A DNA stretch of 63,744 nucleotides, counting the filler, from Craspedostauros australis (taxonomy: Eukaryota): NCBI GenBank assembly GCA_030167865.1. It is 18 parts of 18 records of this genome, joined end to end, with 100 filler letters (N's around TTAATTAATTAA, not from the genome) between each part and the next. Parts side by side here need not be neighbours in the genome. Positions count along the whole stretch, not along the records: positions 1 to 1,340 come from JALAGF010001154.1; positions 1,441 to 4,730 come from JALAGF010001155.1; positions 4,831 to 12,373 come from JALAGF010001156.1; 15 more parts are not named here. One strand, given 5' to 3'. Under the pieces are notes generated by a model. It ran no database searches and had not been told where the DNA came from. It worked only from the letters and a program-made list of their open reading frames with translations. How positions within the stretch are numbered: the stretch's first letter is position 1; each line of letters opens with the position of its first letter. Both the position numbers and the translations under genes were made by a program. Of this stretch, positions 1 to 12,473 are shown piece after piece.

Positions 1-583
1 CCAGCAGCGCGAAATTTGAACGAGTACCACTTCTTGTCAAACGGTTTCGGTTCGGTGATTCGCATGTCCGTCCCATCAACCGTTACAAGAGCTTTTGCAT
101 TTTGACTTGCGCCAACGAAACGACGGTTCCAGACAATCTGTCAATTGGAGCGGTACCACGAAAAAAAGGACCATGTGTGAGTGAATGGAGTGAAAATAAT
201 TTTGTGTCGCAGTTCGGGTGTGCGAATTTATTAGTACTTACAATGCGATCCTTAACGGTTTCAACGGCTGCCATCATCAGCCACATCCATTTGCGAAGTG
301 TTTTGGCCGAACACTTGCACACTGCAGCGAGCGCAGTCTCCGACACGTACAGGCGAAGAAACGCGCACGTCCAAAGGAGATGTTTGGGTTTGGCCCCGCG
401 CGGGAGAGCTCGAGCGTCTACGAGCTCGTTCCACAAGATGTGCACGATGTCAGGATGCGTTCCGAACACAGACGCGAACTGTCGCAACGACTCCACGGAA
501 AGATCGTTCGCAAGCATGCCCCTTGGGCGAGACCCAATCAGTCCGAACCCCAAAGCAGCGAAAGTTCCGCGTGGGAGTAACAT
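1..583 (-). mobile_element. PIF/Harbinger-like (DDE_Tnp_4-type) transposase, 5' part, one intron, truncated by window edge
   Basis: Exon 583-242 reads MLLPRG...PKHLLWTCAFLRLYVSE...KTLRKWMW. A GT-AG intron lies at 241-138 (ATT|GTAAGT...GACAG|ATT). Exon 137-1 reads IVWNRRF...LVTVDGTDMRITEPKPFDKKWYSFKF, the DGT catalytic motif of Harbinger-like transposases. Confidence 0.8.
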
Positions 584-1340
584 GGTTTGCGTTCTTGCGA
601 ATTTGTGAGCTCTTTGTTCCTCTTCAAATATCAAAATGAGGCGAAAACCAACAATGTCAAAAAGTAACCGTTGTAATAGTAGAAATAGTGCGCAAGCAAA
701 CTGCAACTTGGTAAGAGGAGGAAACAGCATTTCTCCGCGAACTCTGCGTGACTCCTGGTAGGCCAGTTGTTGTCTCCTTTTGCCGTTGGGGAGTTGCTCT
801 CATGATGCGCTACCCAGGGCGCAAGACAGCAGAGAACGCAATAAACGCGTACCATTGTCCCACGACGCCGCTGTCAAGGCGCTTCATCGTGTCCAAGATG
901 CCAGAAACGACAGAATTCAACGGACCAAAACGTCAGATTCTATTCTTCGTCGCTGAATATTGTTATGATCCCTGCGTCTTCATGACAGCGTGGGGGCTGT
1001 CATGGACGAACGAGTGCGCTGTGCCCTTTGTACGCGTTTGCAAGCAAGGCACGCTGCGGAGGGCGGAGAAACGATGTTTCGAGCAGGAGTCATCCTCTGT
1101 GAAGTCTCATCCTTGCCAACACGGTACTGCATTCTACTACTACTCCATTCCCGAGTGGACTTCCACACAGTCAGAAGATAATTGATCACCAGCCATGATT
1201 ACACTAAACCGAACCTCGCAACGCATTTGAAATCCTGCCCGATGTCGGGACTAGGCCGTGTTCACGTCGCACTCATGTCGCGTTTACGTTGCGTCCACAT
1301 GCGTCCATGTGGAGCTCGCGTCGTGCTCTCGTCGTGTTCA

Positions 1341-1440
1341 NNNNNNNNNNNNNNNNNNNNNNNNNNNNNNNNNNNNNNNNNNNNTTAATTAATTAANNNN
1401 NNNNNNNNNNNNNNNNNNNNNNNNNNNNNNNNNNNNNNNN
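1341..1440. other. Artificial contig linker (44N-TTAATTAATTAA-44N), first of 17
   Basis: The same six-frame-stop 12-mer inside N runs starts at 1385, 4775, 12418, 13800, 17100, 18258, 19388, 21196, 22907, 24467, 26008, 32162, 35778, 36931, 38285, 39477 and 62645. Confidence 0.98.
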
Positions 1441-1787
1441 ACACCTCGTCCCTCCGAACGCACCCTGACATTGGAGTCGTCGAAGACGCCTCCGTTGTTG
1501 TCGAGGATGTGAACGTACACATGCAGCTCGCGAGCGTGCGCATGCGTACTGTTCGGGACGAGGCTGCCATCTGCTGCGAGCATCGGCTTCACATCGATCA
1601 CTTGCGTGATGATGCTCGGCTTCNNNNNNNNNNNNNNNNNNNNNNNNNNNNNNNNNNNNNNNNNNNNNNNNNNNNNNNNNNNNNNNNNNNNNNNNNNNNN
1701 NNNNNNNNNNNNNNNNNNNNNNGGTTTCTTACTGGGGGAGGGGTTGCCATCCTTGGAGAGGGCCTTGGCAGCAGCAGAGGGAAACAT
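1441..1787 (-). CDS. Hypothetical protein, 5' fragment spanning an N gap
   Basis: ATG at 1787 follows a CA-rich leader, and the frame is open to the contig edge (MFPSAAAKALSK...RELHVYVHILD). No family recognised. Confidence 0.35.
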
Positions 1788-2905
1788 GGTGGAATTGTTG
1801 GTGGAGAGTGTAGTTGTTATTTGGTCGGATGTGATGATCTGCACAGGTCTGAGACGAAGTGAGGAAGGAGAGCATACGATGAAAGGCCACCATTCATTGA
1901 CAGCCACGGCAACTATTACTACTACTACACTACTAGAGCGAGCACAAGCATGGAACACAACAGAGAGTACACATGACATTGGCGAAGAAAGTTGCGAAAT
2001 GGAGCGCAAGTGTGGCGATGATGCCTGAATTTGTGAACAGATGCCGATGATGTGTGATGTGTGATGTGTTTTGTGTGATGTGTTTTGTGACGAGCAAAAT
2101 GTGAGATCATGTCGCAGATGCTAACGTGTATTTAACGCGTACCAAACGAACGACAATCCCGGCGTCTATTCCNNNNNNNNNNNNNNNNNNNNNNNNNNNN
2201 NNNNNNNNNNNNNNNNNNNNNNNNNNNNNNNNNNNNNNNNNNNNNNNNNNNTGGATACCATACGATAAATGCATGAGAACATGATCGAACTTTCTGCGAA
2301 ACAACTAGGAATTTCATGGGGATCGACCCATACGACTTCAGAAAACCTTTGAATATGCATAAAACTTAAAATAGGATCTATCTCAAAAATGTAATGGTTA
2401 ATTATTTATAAGGAGAGGCGGGAGAATACGATTATATGCTTGGTTTGGATCTACTGAAATACTGTTCTTGAGTCCCGTAACAAAGTGCAGGTCGACTCAC
2501 TAAGGCGGCTCATAGCAACTGTCATGATCGTGAACTCCGCGCTTCATCAACGCTCGTCAATGGAGGTTTTTGCGAGACTCATAATTTCATAACTGGCAAG
2601 GCTGGCGCGCCCCTATCCCGAGTCACGGTCATAGTCCCGTTAAGGACATCGACTCGATGGATCGTTTTTGAGTCGTGTATAATATCCACGTTTCGATCTG
2701 GATCTTGCTCCTTTTGCGCAATCGTGCTCTTTACGGTTGTACAGCCTCCAATTCTTGATATGCTTGCCTAACTGCTTCGGATTTTCCTTCATATGCTTCC
2801 AACTTGCTGGTGTGCCCCATGCGCCAGGGTGTCTTTTGATAGTCTATGCACTGCATCTTCCCTGCATTATTGGTCTTCATCGTGAATATGCATAGTGCGG
2901 ATGCG

Positions 2906-3238
2906 TTGGAGATACTTCAAAACAATTACAGTCACATCAATATGCATGAATCTGCGACGTGCCAGATCACATCAACATGGGGTCACAGATCATTGATTGG
3001 CAGGAAGAGCCTTGATGGATGGCTTCAAGACGGCAGCGAGTTGGATGAAGGACTCTCTGGTGATGCCAACGAAGTTGTAGAACTCCATAGCATCACCATG
3101 TTTGAGAATGTTTGCCAGAAGGTACAAGTGTCACGAGAGAAATCCCGAGCTCTAGTAGTGGCCTCTGCGCAAAGCAGTAGGCAAGCCGCTGTGGAGGTAG
3201 TCAGCAACAGCAAACATGAGAAGACGCTGCTGTGCCAT
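2906..3238 (-). pseudogene. Degenerate Harbinger-like transposase N-terminal remnant
   Basis: Manual translation gives MAQQRLLMFAVADYL...ILKHGDAMEFYNFVGITRESFIQLAAVL...RRRFMHIDVTVIVLKYL with 4 in-frame stops (TAG, TGA x3). It resembles the helical N-terminus of PIF/Harbinger transposases. Confidence 0.45.
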
Positions 3239-5378
3239 AATTAACTCAGTTATTTTGTATCACAATGATTATAACTGTTAAGTCATGTGCCGACGGTGCT
3301 TTGATTCCACCTTGTTTATTCAACGTGATAGCACGCTGCGGGAACAGAGTGAAGCCAAGTGATGGCTAGGGTGTGCAAGGTGATGTTGTGGGACTGTTGG
3401 CTGCTGTTGCAGACAGGTGGTCCGATCGCGAGCTGGGGTCAGCGTCCTTTCGCCGATGCAACTGGATCATCCAATTGACGAGCACTTTCGGAGCTTGGGG
3501 GCGGCGTCTCCAAGGCCTGATCTCATAGCTTGGGTCCAGTCAGACAGTGCTGCCATTTGATGTGAAGGGGGAGGCCGCTCCCAAAGGGTTCGGAGCACCG
3601 CTGGGACGTCCGCAGGCGGTAGTGCTTGGAGCTGTAGGGCCTGTTCCTGGAGGAGTGCAATCATGTCATCAGCCATATGCTCCGTCTTTGCTGAGTTGCG
3701 ATCTTCCATTGCTCCAGGGCTGTGTGCCAGAGTAGATTAGTAACACTGGCCTGCCAGTCACATAGAAGGTAGGGTGCTCGTCAGTGCGCTTGCTGGCCCA
3801 TGGGAAGCGCATGCTCATGCCAAAGGGAGGCCCATCTGCCCCATACTATGGCCGTCCATCCTACTGCTGCCTACTGTAGCTGAATATGTTTGGTGGGCGA
3901 ATCACGGATGCCGGAAGGGGGGATGCCACCTGTGGAGACGCGGACGAGCGCTGTGCACAGAAGCTGGGCAACTGGAGAAGGAGTGGTGGACAGTCGCACG
4001 TGTCATGAGTTGCTCAGTGATGATGATGAGGATGGTAGAGGTGGCTACCCCGTGGCGGCGTTGGAGGAAAGAGGAACAATCCATTGTGATAAAGCAGATG
4101 ACAATACTATAAAAGGAAACGCTAATCATACTACAATTCTAGGAACAAGCTATATGACAGAAGGGCACAGCGTGCATGAAAGGAGATGGACAAATTACAC
4201 ATGTCGATGGTAGAAACAAGGGAGGAAGTAGAGGGTAGCACGACGATACATGCACAACAGAGGTTATGAAAACTGATGCCAACGCATGCGAGGGAGGAAA
4301 TCACAAAAAACTCCCAAATTGCCGTTGGAGGAGCGATTTGAGAGGAAGNNNNNNNNNNNNNNNNNNNNNNNNNNNNNNNNNNNNNNNNNNNNNNNNNNNN
4401 NNNNNNNNNNNNNNNNNNNNNNNNNNNNNNNNNNNNNNNNNNNNNNNNNNNNNNNNNNNNNNNNNNNNNNNTGGTCACCCCCTGTTCGAAAGGTATCTTG
4501 TGTTCATAATGGAGTGATCTGATTGGCTTAGAAGCCGATATTATGAAATTATGAGTCACACAACCACGTCCAATTGCATTGGTTGCTGATTCCACCGTCA
4601 TCCGCCCGCTGCGTCCCATGACACATGCTCATCGCATCTCCATTCCGGGAGTTGAGGGAAATTGGCATCCGTGACATATCTCCACCCGTGATTCGACATC
4701 TCAGAATCGGATCGAACAATCTCGAATGTTNNNNNNNNNNNNNNNNNNNNNNNNNNNNNNNNNNNNNNNNNNNNTTAATTAATTAANNNNNNNNNNNNNN
4801 NNNNNNNNNNNNNNNNNNNNNNNNNNNNNNTGTTCTGGATCCTAAGTATTGTTGCCACGTGCTCGATGATGCACTCGGCATGGCTAGACAGGTCAGCGTA
4901 CCATGACTAAAACAAAATCTCGATTCCGAGGATCACAATGACCGATCCTCTGACGTCATACGATGATGTCAGTGCCTACGTCATGTTCGATGACCGTAGT
5001 GACCNNNNNTCAATCGTGTATCAAGACTCACTCGACTATACTCTCAAATCGAGTCGAATCAAAAAATAGTGAATCACGTTTCAGTCATGGGAGATGGGTA
5101 CCTAATTTCGATCTAGATGTTGATAGACACGATGACATCCTGTCGACATCAGTAGGCGTCCTTCTGCTCTCCAGATGCCATGTTCCATTGGTGATGCAGT
5201 AGCTTGTCAGATGATATCGTCATCTGAGGTTTAGTTGGGAAGTGCCTCGAGATTCTCTTGGTACCATTGATGGATGGACGGACGATCTTCTAATTCTCCC
5301 AGAAATCGTTATTTGCAAATTTCCTCCAGAAATCTTGCCCCTTTTCATGTGTTCCATTTCCACTGTAATTCTGACGAA

Positions 5379-7355
5379 TCACAGCATACTATTGACACGA
5401 ATGTAGTTACACCGTCCAAGTGTGTATGAGAGAATAACGGGTGAACGATGCACATATACGCGTACATCTCGACATATACTCACATGTACATCTCGACATT
5501 TGTCTTTCTTGCCTGTTGCAGTTGGTTTCTTGGTGGTCGTGTTGGTTGCCTCCTCCTCCTCCAATGCAAAGTCCGTGTGACACACAGTAACGCCGATCTC
5601 GTTGCCGTCCTTGTCAGTTTCAGTGAACGTTTGTTTCCGCACATTCATGCTGAGACCCTTGCGCTCCGTCACAAATTCGTCACCTCCTTTCGCAGCACAA
5701 ATTGCGTAGGCGATCTGATGGTGGCGAACATACGCGCGAGCAACCTTGTCCAGCCCAAATTGCTCCCAACAGGTTTTGCAAGCGTCCCACAACGCATCAG
5801 TGGTGAACATGCGACTACTGCAGTGCTTACCTTGATGTACTGACACATGTTTCGACATCGCTGGGAATATCGCATCGTCTTTCACATTCGTGATGGGAGA
5901 ATTTGATGGTTGAAATCGTAGGTGCCATCCGCGACTGTCGAACTCCTCATTGATGAACCTGAGTAGTTCCGTGTCTCTGTGTGGCCCTGCGCCATCCATC
6001 TGGTACCGAATCACCACGTTCTTGCCCGTTTCGGCCTTGATTTTGCTGGCGAGCGAATCCAGTGCGGGGATTTCTTTTTCGCGGAAGAATTTCTTGAGGC
6101 TGTACTTCGGCTTGGGCTTATCAGGCGCACCAACTGATTCCTTGCTGCCCGTGATCTCCAGTGGTTGAAAGTACAGTTCACCCTTCACATGAGAGATTTT
6201 GGTGGGATCTGGAAGGAGCTTGTACTTGGTTGGCGAGACCCAAGTTCGCTTGTACGTATTCTTCTGCACTGGGACCATGCGCCCAACACGTTCAAAGCTG
6301 ACCTGATACGCCTTTCCTCCTTGCGCAATACAGTTGTCTGTTGGGGCGAATGCTGTTGATGCAATCGCCATGGTCTTTTCAATGTGGCACTTGTGGTGCA
6401 CAGCGTGGTCGATAGGCTTAATTCCCATCTGGGGCACATGTTTGAGATTCTTCCGAGCGACAATGGAGTAGAACCACTTCTCGTCCATGTGGACAACAAC
6501 AACTTGCGTATTCGGGAACAGCTGCGCTGATTCCCAGAACACACAGAAGTCCTTGGCCCAGATCTCGTGCTTCATCTTCGTGGTGCCGTTGATCAGAGGG
6601 AGCATTGTTGTAGAACAGTACTCGCTGCCCTCCAATCCCATCACGTACGTTCGAATGGTCTCTGCGCTAACACATTGGACATTGCCCCTTCCTGCTACTT
6701 CTCGTGCAATATCGTCCCATGAGAGTGCGCCACCGCATTGTCGCATCACATCCTGGAGGTCATATTGGAGGAATGGACTGCGCTCCAACCACAAATCGGA
6801 CAGAGCTTTTGCAGATGCCAGCTCCTCAGGCAAAGCAGAAGCAAATGCAGATGAGATGTTGTCAGACGTCAACCGTTGTTGTGGATGTTTCAGCCTCAAC
6901 TGCTTAGCGAAGGCAGCACGTGGCGTGAAGCATTGTTGTTGTTTGTGGGTGCTGGTGAAGATGTTCCTGCCTGTGTCGCTGTGCTTCTTCCGTTCGAAGT
7001 TGTTCTGTTGGAACTTTCGGATGTTGCTGGCAACAGTAGAAGTGCCAATATCCCAAGCATGGGCGATCAATTTTGCATTGGCTGGGATCCCACCCAAATT
7101 GAAGTAGAGAACGATGTAGTTGTGCTTTTCTTGCGCATCAAGTTGTTTCTTGCTATTGGTGGGCTTAGTGTTGCTACACCTTCCATCCTTTCGCAACCAT
7201 CCTTTCGTTGTTGCACCTCTCTTCATCTGCTTCTTGAGACGGGCGATTGCCGTTTCTTTCTGTTGACGTGAGATGTTAGGAATTGAGGGTACGACTTTGT
7301 TGGAATACCCGTAATTGCCGCACCTCCCAACATTGTTCGTCACAGCTTTGAACAT
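5379..7355 (-). mobile_element. Tc1/mariner-superfamily transposase (plant-mariner-like motifs)
   Basis: 658-aa ORF with VHMDEKWFY, YQMDGAGPH and FQPSNSPITNVKD, matching the HIDEKWF / QQDNAxPH / QPPNSPDxNVLD catalytic motifs. TIRs were not identified. Confidence 0.85.
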
Positions 7356-7994
7356 TATTCGTCGCTTGTTCGGAGACTATTTGTCACATCTTTGTATACC
7401 ATGTCATTATGACTATGACTAAGCATACGGACGCGATTGATACCTGTATAACCGCGAGGAGGGTAGTCTGTCCTCTGGTAACATAAGGACGACACCCATG
7501 GCGGATCAGGAGGTCCCGATACCACGCCAACCATGGCAACCATCCAGACGACGACGTCGATCAGAACAGCATGTCCATGGGCAAGTGACGCACCTTCTTC
7601 AGAGGACAGCACGCGCCCCTCCTGCGGACAAGAACATCCGCAGGTTTGGAACATCAGAAAGGATCAGAACATCCACAGGTTTGGAACGTCACCAAAGGTG
7701 ACATCGGCTATGAGACGATGGTGTCATGAGGATCAACGAAGGAAACATGAGACAGGCAAGTGCTCAGGACTGCAGATCCCTACCATGCAAACGTAGACAG
7801 CTACGACAGTGCAGAGACAAGGAAGCAAGAACAGAGCATGATGAATGAAGGGGGAAGCACCTAAGAGACAACAGGACGCCCCGTGTCGTTACCGCGACAG
7901 ATGCCTGCCAAGAAAACAAAAACGGAAGAGAAAGTGAGATTGTGATCACAGTTCTAAAACGGTACAGTTTCTAACAGCAGATTAGAATTTAGTA

Positions 7995-8570
7995 TTAACT
8001 ATAACCCCGGATTTCCAACAGTGAGACCTCCAGAAAAGCAGCGATTTTGGCTTCTTGCGATTCCATGGTAGTTGGGGATGGTGTGGGGGGCTTAGCCTTG
8101 TTGTTGGCACGCGCGGCAGCGACAGAGCGATGCTGTGGAGAAAGAAGGGAAGGCTGAGGAAGGGCGCCAGCGTTGCGAGTCCGCGCGAAGGTAGCGAGGC
8201 TGTGTGGCGCGCATAGATCCTCACGAACAACGTACATTCGGCTGTGCCCCATCACTGGGGTCACCATGACCATTGCCACCTCTCCTGGTGCAAGAGGCCC
8301 ATCGCGTTTGATCGTAGCGCCTTCAGCAGTCAGCTTCATTGCAAACTCAACATGACATATGCCCAGGTCGCGGACCTTGTCACCTGATCGCTGGTGGGGT
8401 GCCACCTTCACACGGTCACCAGCGTGCAGCATGCTTGCAAGGTGAAGAGTACAGTGATTGTAGGATGGTGTGTGCTGTGTTGATGGAGGCTGCAGTTGAG
8501 TTGAAAGGCGCGTTGCAGCACACACCAGAAACACGAGGACAGCGACACAGCGCATTGCATCACCAGCCAT
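7995..8570 (-). CDS. Hypothetical ORF upstream of and co-oriented with the mariner transposase (possible 5' exon)
   Basis: Open frame MLHAGDRVKVAPHQRSG...QEAKIAAFLE on the same strand as the transposase. Splice structure not resolved. Confidence 0.3.
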   Translation of the reverse strand: MAGDAMRCVAVLVFLVCAATRLSTQLQPPSTQHTPSYNHCTLHLASMLHAGDRVKVAPHQRSGDKVRDLGICHVEFAMKLTAEGATIKRDGPLAPGEVAMVMVTPVMGHSRMYVVREDLCAPHSLATFARTRNAGALPQPSLLSPQHRSVAAARANNKAKPPTPSPTTMESQEAKIAAFLEVSLLEIRGYS

Positions 8571-9209
8571 CGACGCACAGCACGGCGCAGCGCGTCACAG
8601 GGGGCATGGGCAACATTGGATGGTCACAAGGTGCATCGTATCGTCCACTCTCTCTCTCATGTGGAGAGTCATAGTCATTCTACATTGTTGTACAAGCAAT
8701 GGCTACAAGCAGCAGAGAATCAACAGCAGCTCGTCCCAGATGCGCAGTGTTTCCGTTGTCCACTTTGCGAGGACAGCTTTGGTGTTGTGGAATGGAGGTG
8801 CAATTCGGGACTCGAAAAGTGTTCTCATTGGTTGCCACATTCGGTAGAATTGTGGTTAATCTCCCTGCCCCCCAACAGCAAAAACTGGTTGATGACACCA
8901 AAACGCGACAACAGACTTCAGCCCGCGTTTTTAGCCGAAAGTGCGATGTGGCTCGGCACAAGATGGCACAGAAGGACTCGAAGCGCGTGTCAAGTCTTTG
9001 AAAAACTGGGCTGAGTCAATCACGAGAAACATCCAGTCCCAGATTTTTCTTCCTCGCACACGAAATAGGCGAAGGGGACGCAACTCCATCCGCAAAGCAG
9101 AGAGTCACAACTGGCATCGACCATGGACACAACCATCCATGCTGGTGACATTGGCACAGCACCGACTTCACTCCGGAAGTTCATGGAACAACTGCATATC
9201 AACAAGGAT

Positions 9210-9251
9210 CATACTCGCATAATAGCATACTCGCATAATAGCATACTCGCA
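9210..9251. repeat. 16-bp tandem repeat (CATACTCGCATAATAG) x~2.6
   Basis: Seen directly, about 60-100 bp upstream of the GT61 start codon. Confidence 0.8.
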
Positions 9252-9313
9252 ATACAGCTCCAGAGAGAGCAGAGTTATCAGGGAGTTGCTCTGGGGCCAT
9301 CGAACGCGCATGA

Positions 9314-10414
9314 ATGGCATCTTCCCACGGACGCCATCGTCGATTCGCTGGATCCATCCTCCTGCTGATTGGGATCGTCGCATGGTCCCTGCGTTGCAAC
9401 CGGCGCTTGGTTGGCGGCGTCGCCTCTGCGGCGGTGGAATCAACGACCATCGTTGAGACGCACGACGCGACGCTGCAAGCCAACGAACCGCCTCCAAAGC
9501 AAGAGCCACGGTCGCGGGTTAGCTGCCACACGACGCATGTGGAGATCAACGACATGCAACAGCTGGATCGCAGCAGCATCCTCGATGAGTTCAATCTCGC
9601 GCAGCACGTGCAGATCGAAGAACGCAGCGACGATGCCACGGCCGTCGCATGCGCGTTCATTGCGAGACCGAACTCCAACCACTTTGCACACGCCATGCAG
9701 CAGCTGTACGGTTGCTGGTCGTACCTGCAGCAATTCCGCGACGATGAGTCCATCCGCGCTGCGATTCTCATGCCGCCCAACTTGCAGCAACGCCTGCGAC
9801 AGAACGCGTTCCTCGCCGGATTCCTATCGCACATGCCCGTTCGCAATCAATTGCGCGGCGCGCGCACCATCGTCTCCATCAACGTGACGGGCGGGTACGT
9901 GCTGCAGCATGCCGATCGGCTCCTTCCCAATTTGCGGTCGACGCCGAACACGGACTGCGACAATCCACGTGTCACGGTCCTGAATCGGCGCAGATCCAAA
10001 GGCCGGTCCCTGATCCATGCGGAGGAATGGAATGCGACGGTCGCGTACTTTGAAGGCAAGTCCTTTGAGGAACAGATCCGAACTTTGCAACAGACGGATA
10101 TCCTGCTGAGCCCGCATGGTGCCCAGCTGACGGGTCTGCCGTTGTTGGGTGGGAGCTGTGCCAGCGTGTTGGAATTCTTTCCCAAGGCCTACGCGATCCC
10201 TGAATTCTACGGAAGCCTCGCCATTGCTGCGGGACGGCGGTACCACTACGTCAGTCTGTCGGATGGGGATCGATTCGAAGAGCAGGCGCAGACCATGAGA
10301 CAGCGGGTGCAAGCGCGCGCGGCGAATCTGTGTCCTGCTCCGGACGACGTTGCCAATTTCATTGCGACGATGGTCAAGGAATGGAAGCAGTGCTGCATTT
10401 CGATGAATTCGTGA
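9314..10414 (+). CDS. Glycosyltransferase family 61-like (DUF563) type II membrane protein
   Basis: 366 aa with an N-terminal signal anchor. C-terminal motifs VTVLNRR, FEGKSFEEQI, ILLSPHGAQLT and VLEFFP are typical of GT61. Confidence 0.8.
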   Translation: MASSHGRHRRFAGSILLLIGIVAWSLRCNRRLVGGVASAAVESTTIVETHDATLQANEPPPKQEPRSRVSCHTTHVEINDMQQLDRSSILDEFNLAQHVQIEERSDDATAVACAFIARPNSNHFAHAMQQLYGCWSYLQQFRDDESIRAAILMPPNLQQRLRQNAFLAGFLSHMPVRNQLRGARTIVSINVTGGYVLQHADRLLPNLRSTPNTDCDNPRVTVLNRRRSKGRSLIHAEEWNATVAYFEGKSFEEQIRTLQQTDILLSPHGAQLTGLPLLGGSCASVLEFFPKAYAIPEFYGSLAIAAGRRYHYVSLSDGDRFEEQAQTMRQRVQARAANLCPAPDDVANFIATMVKEWKQCCISMNS

Positions 10415-10703
10415 GGTGATGTGCGGCACGCCTATGGCACGTGCGGCCGCTGCATTGCAGAGGGCCTTCTATTCAGGTGTATACGAACACTACAGCAGAT
10501 ATGTCTGTTCGACATCAGACTGCCAGTATGCTGCTCAGCAGGCGAGACGAAGCAGCTGCCAGCCGACAAGCACAAGTACACGCGCAAACGAGGACACATA
10601 CAGGAGATATTCCTGTACTACTCGAACAATATGCATGTATCTATCGATCCATCAATGAGCCAACGGGTATGTATCGCTAGGTTGGTGTCCCCCTGCACTT
10701 CCT

Positions 10704-12373
10704 TCATCCAATGAGATTCAAAAGATCTGTGTACATGGTCGCCATTACAACGTGGTACTGAGCCTTCTCTTGGATATTCATGCCGTGCACTGCATCATCG
10801 TCCAAGAACACAGAAGTCTTCAGTTGGTGAAAGAGCTTTCGGTGACGAATGCCAAAATCAAGATCTTCCAGGGCGTCACCGCCATCACTGCCGACGATCG
10901 GAGTGAATTGAGCAGTGACGTTGCACGGAAGGCCAGCCTCGAGAAAATCGTCACGAACGATGCAATTGTCCAGCACCCACATGTCGCAACCAGATGAGCA
11001 ATTGCTCGTTGAGGGTTGAAGCGACCCGGGCTGTTCTGTTGCTCGAGCCTCAGTCAGGGTGAATGACGGCGGGGACGATGGATCCTGCGATGGTTCGCGA
11101 GATGGTGCACGAGATGGAGGGCTGGATGGGCTTTGCGAGGGCTCCTGTGATGGATCCTGTGATGGATTTCGCGACGGAGCCTGGGAAGGATCCCAAGTCG
11201 GGACTTGCGACGGAGCCCGGGAGGGTGCCTGCGATGGCGTACGAGATGGATGGTATGACGGAGTTCGAGAAGGAGCCTGAGTCGGAGCTTGCGACGGGAG
11301 CCGGGATGGGCCACGAGTTGGGGCTTCGGACGGACGGCTGGACGGAACCACAGAAGGGTCATTGGACGGAATCATGGACGGACCACCGGACAGAGAACGT
11401 GATGGAACCTGGGACGGCTGTGCGGGAACCACAGTTGGCATATCTGAAGGCATGATCGTGTCATCGCGATGGCACTCGCATCCACAGCCTGCGAATGAAA
11501 CGTCGTAGATTGACGCGTTGACTCCAACCTCCAATGCAGCGTTGGTCCATGATCTGCTCACGCCGTCCAAGAACGACAGGCGAGGTCCGTCGTATTTACT
11601 TGGGTCTTCTTCAACAACGGGCTGTTCCACGGTCGCTGTGCATGGGTCAACCATGGGCTGTGCAAAGCCGACATCGAGAGGGTGGCTGCAGCTTGTATGG
11701 ATGTTCGCAACGCGCACTTGCACATTGGAACCACCGGAAGCTGGGACGAAGTACAGAGGAAGATCAGTTGGCATCTTCTGATGAAGGTCAAGCCGATTGC
11801 GTTCATCGTCCCAGGATCCCAAGCAGATCTCGTCGCCATCCGCGACATGCATGGTGTCGTACGAAGTCGCGCAAGCTATCCCCACCCCAAGATTGGAGAA
11901 AGATAGATCCACGCCATCGTCATCACATGGAACGAATCGAACCGCATGCTGCTGACCTGTGCGAATTGCATCTTGGCCAAGACATGGTGAGATGCCATCG
12001 ACATCAGCCGGATCCAGCGAGAGAAACCCGGATGCCTCCGCCCCGCTCAAGCGGAGGCGCAAGAACGTGGCGCCGCCATCACAGCATTCGGATTCATCGT
12101 CAGTATCGTCGCCAGCATCGTCGCTGGCATTGGTGTCGCAGCCGGTGAGAAGCGACCCAGGCCATTTGGCGCTCATGGCGTCTTCGAAGACGAAGTATGT
12201 GCCCGCGTGCTGCTGCGAGGCAATGGACGATGTCACGATATGATTAGGATCGTCACGGCACGTTCCCAGTCGAACTGAATACGGCGGGTAGATGGGCTCG
12301 CTGCAGGACGTGTGCAGGGTGGACAAGGTGACGGACGTTGTGCCGCTCACGGAATGCGGATTCTGATGGTACA
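10704..12373 (-). CDS. Extracellular Cys-containing protein with two HTSCS modules and Pro/Ser-rich stalk, 5' truncated
   Basis: Frame open from the contig edge. Contains LHTSCSEP and IHTSCSHP, PSxxPS repeats at about 11060-11450 and a C-terminal Cys region with RHRKL. Confidence 0.75.
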
Positions 12374-12473
12374 NNNNNNNNNNNNNNNNNNNNNNNNNNN
12401 NNNNNNNNNNNNNNNNNTTAATTAATTAANNNNNNNNNNNNNNNNNNNNNNNNNNNNNNNNNNNNNNNNNNNN

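Noticed and set aside
1250..1340. GGCCGTGTTCAC as a Harbinger terminal inverted repeat
   Set aside because: No partner repeat or TSD is visible within the contig.
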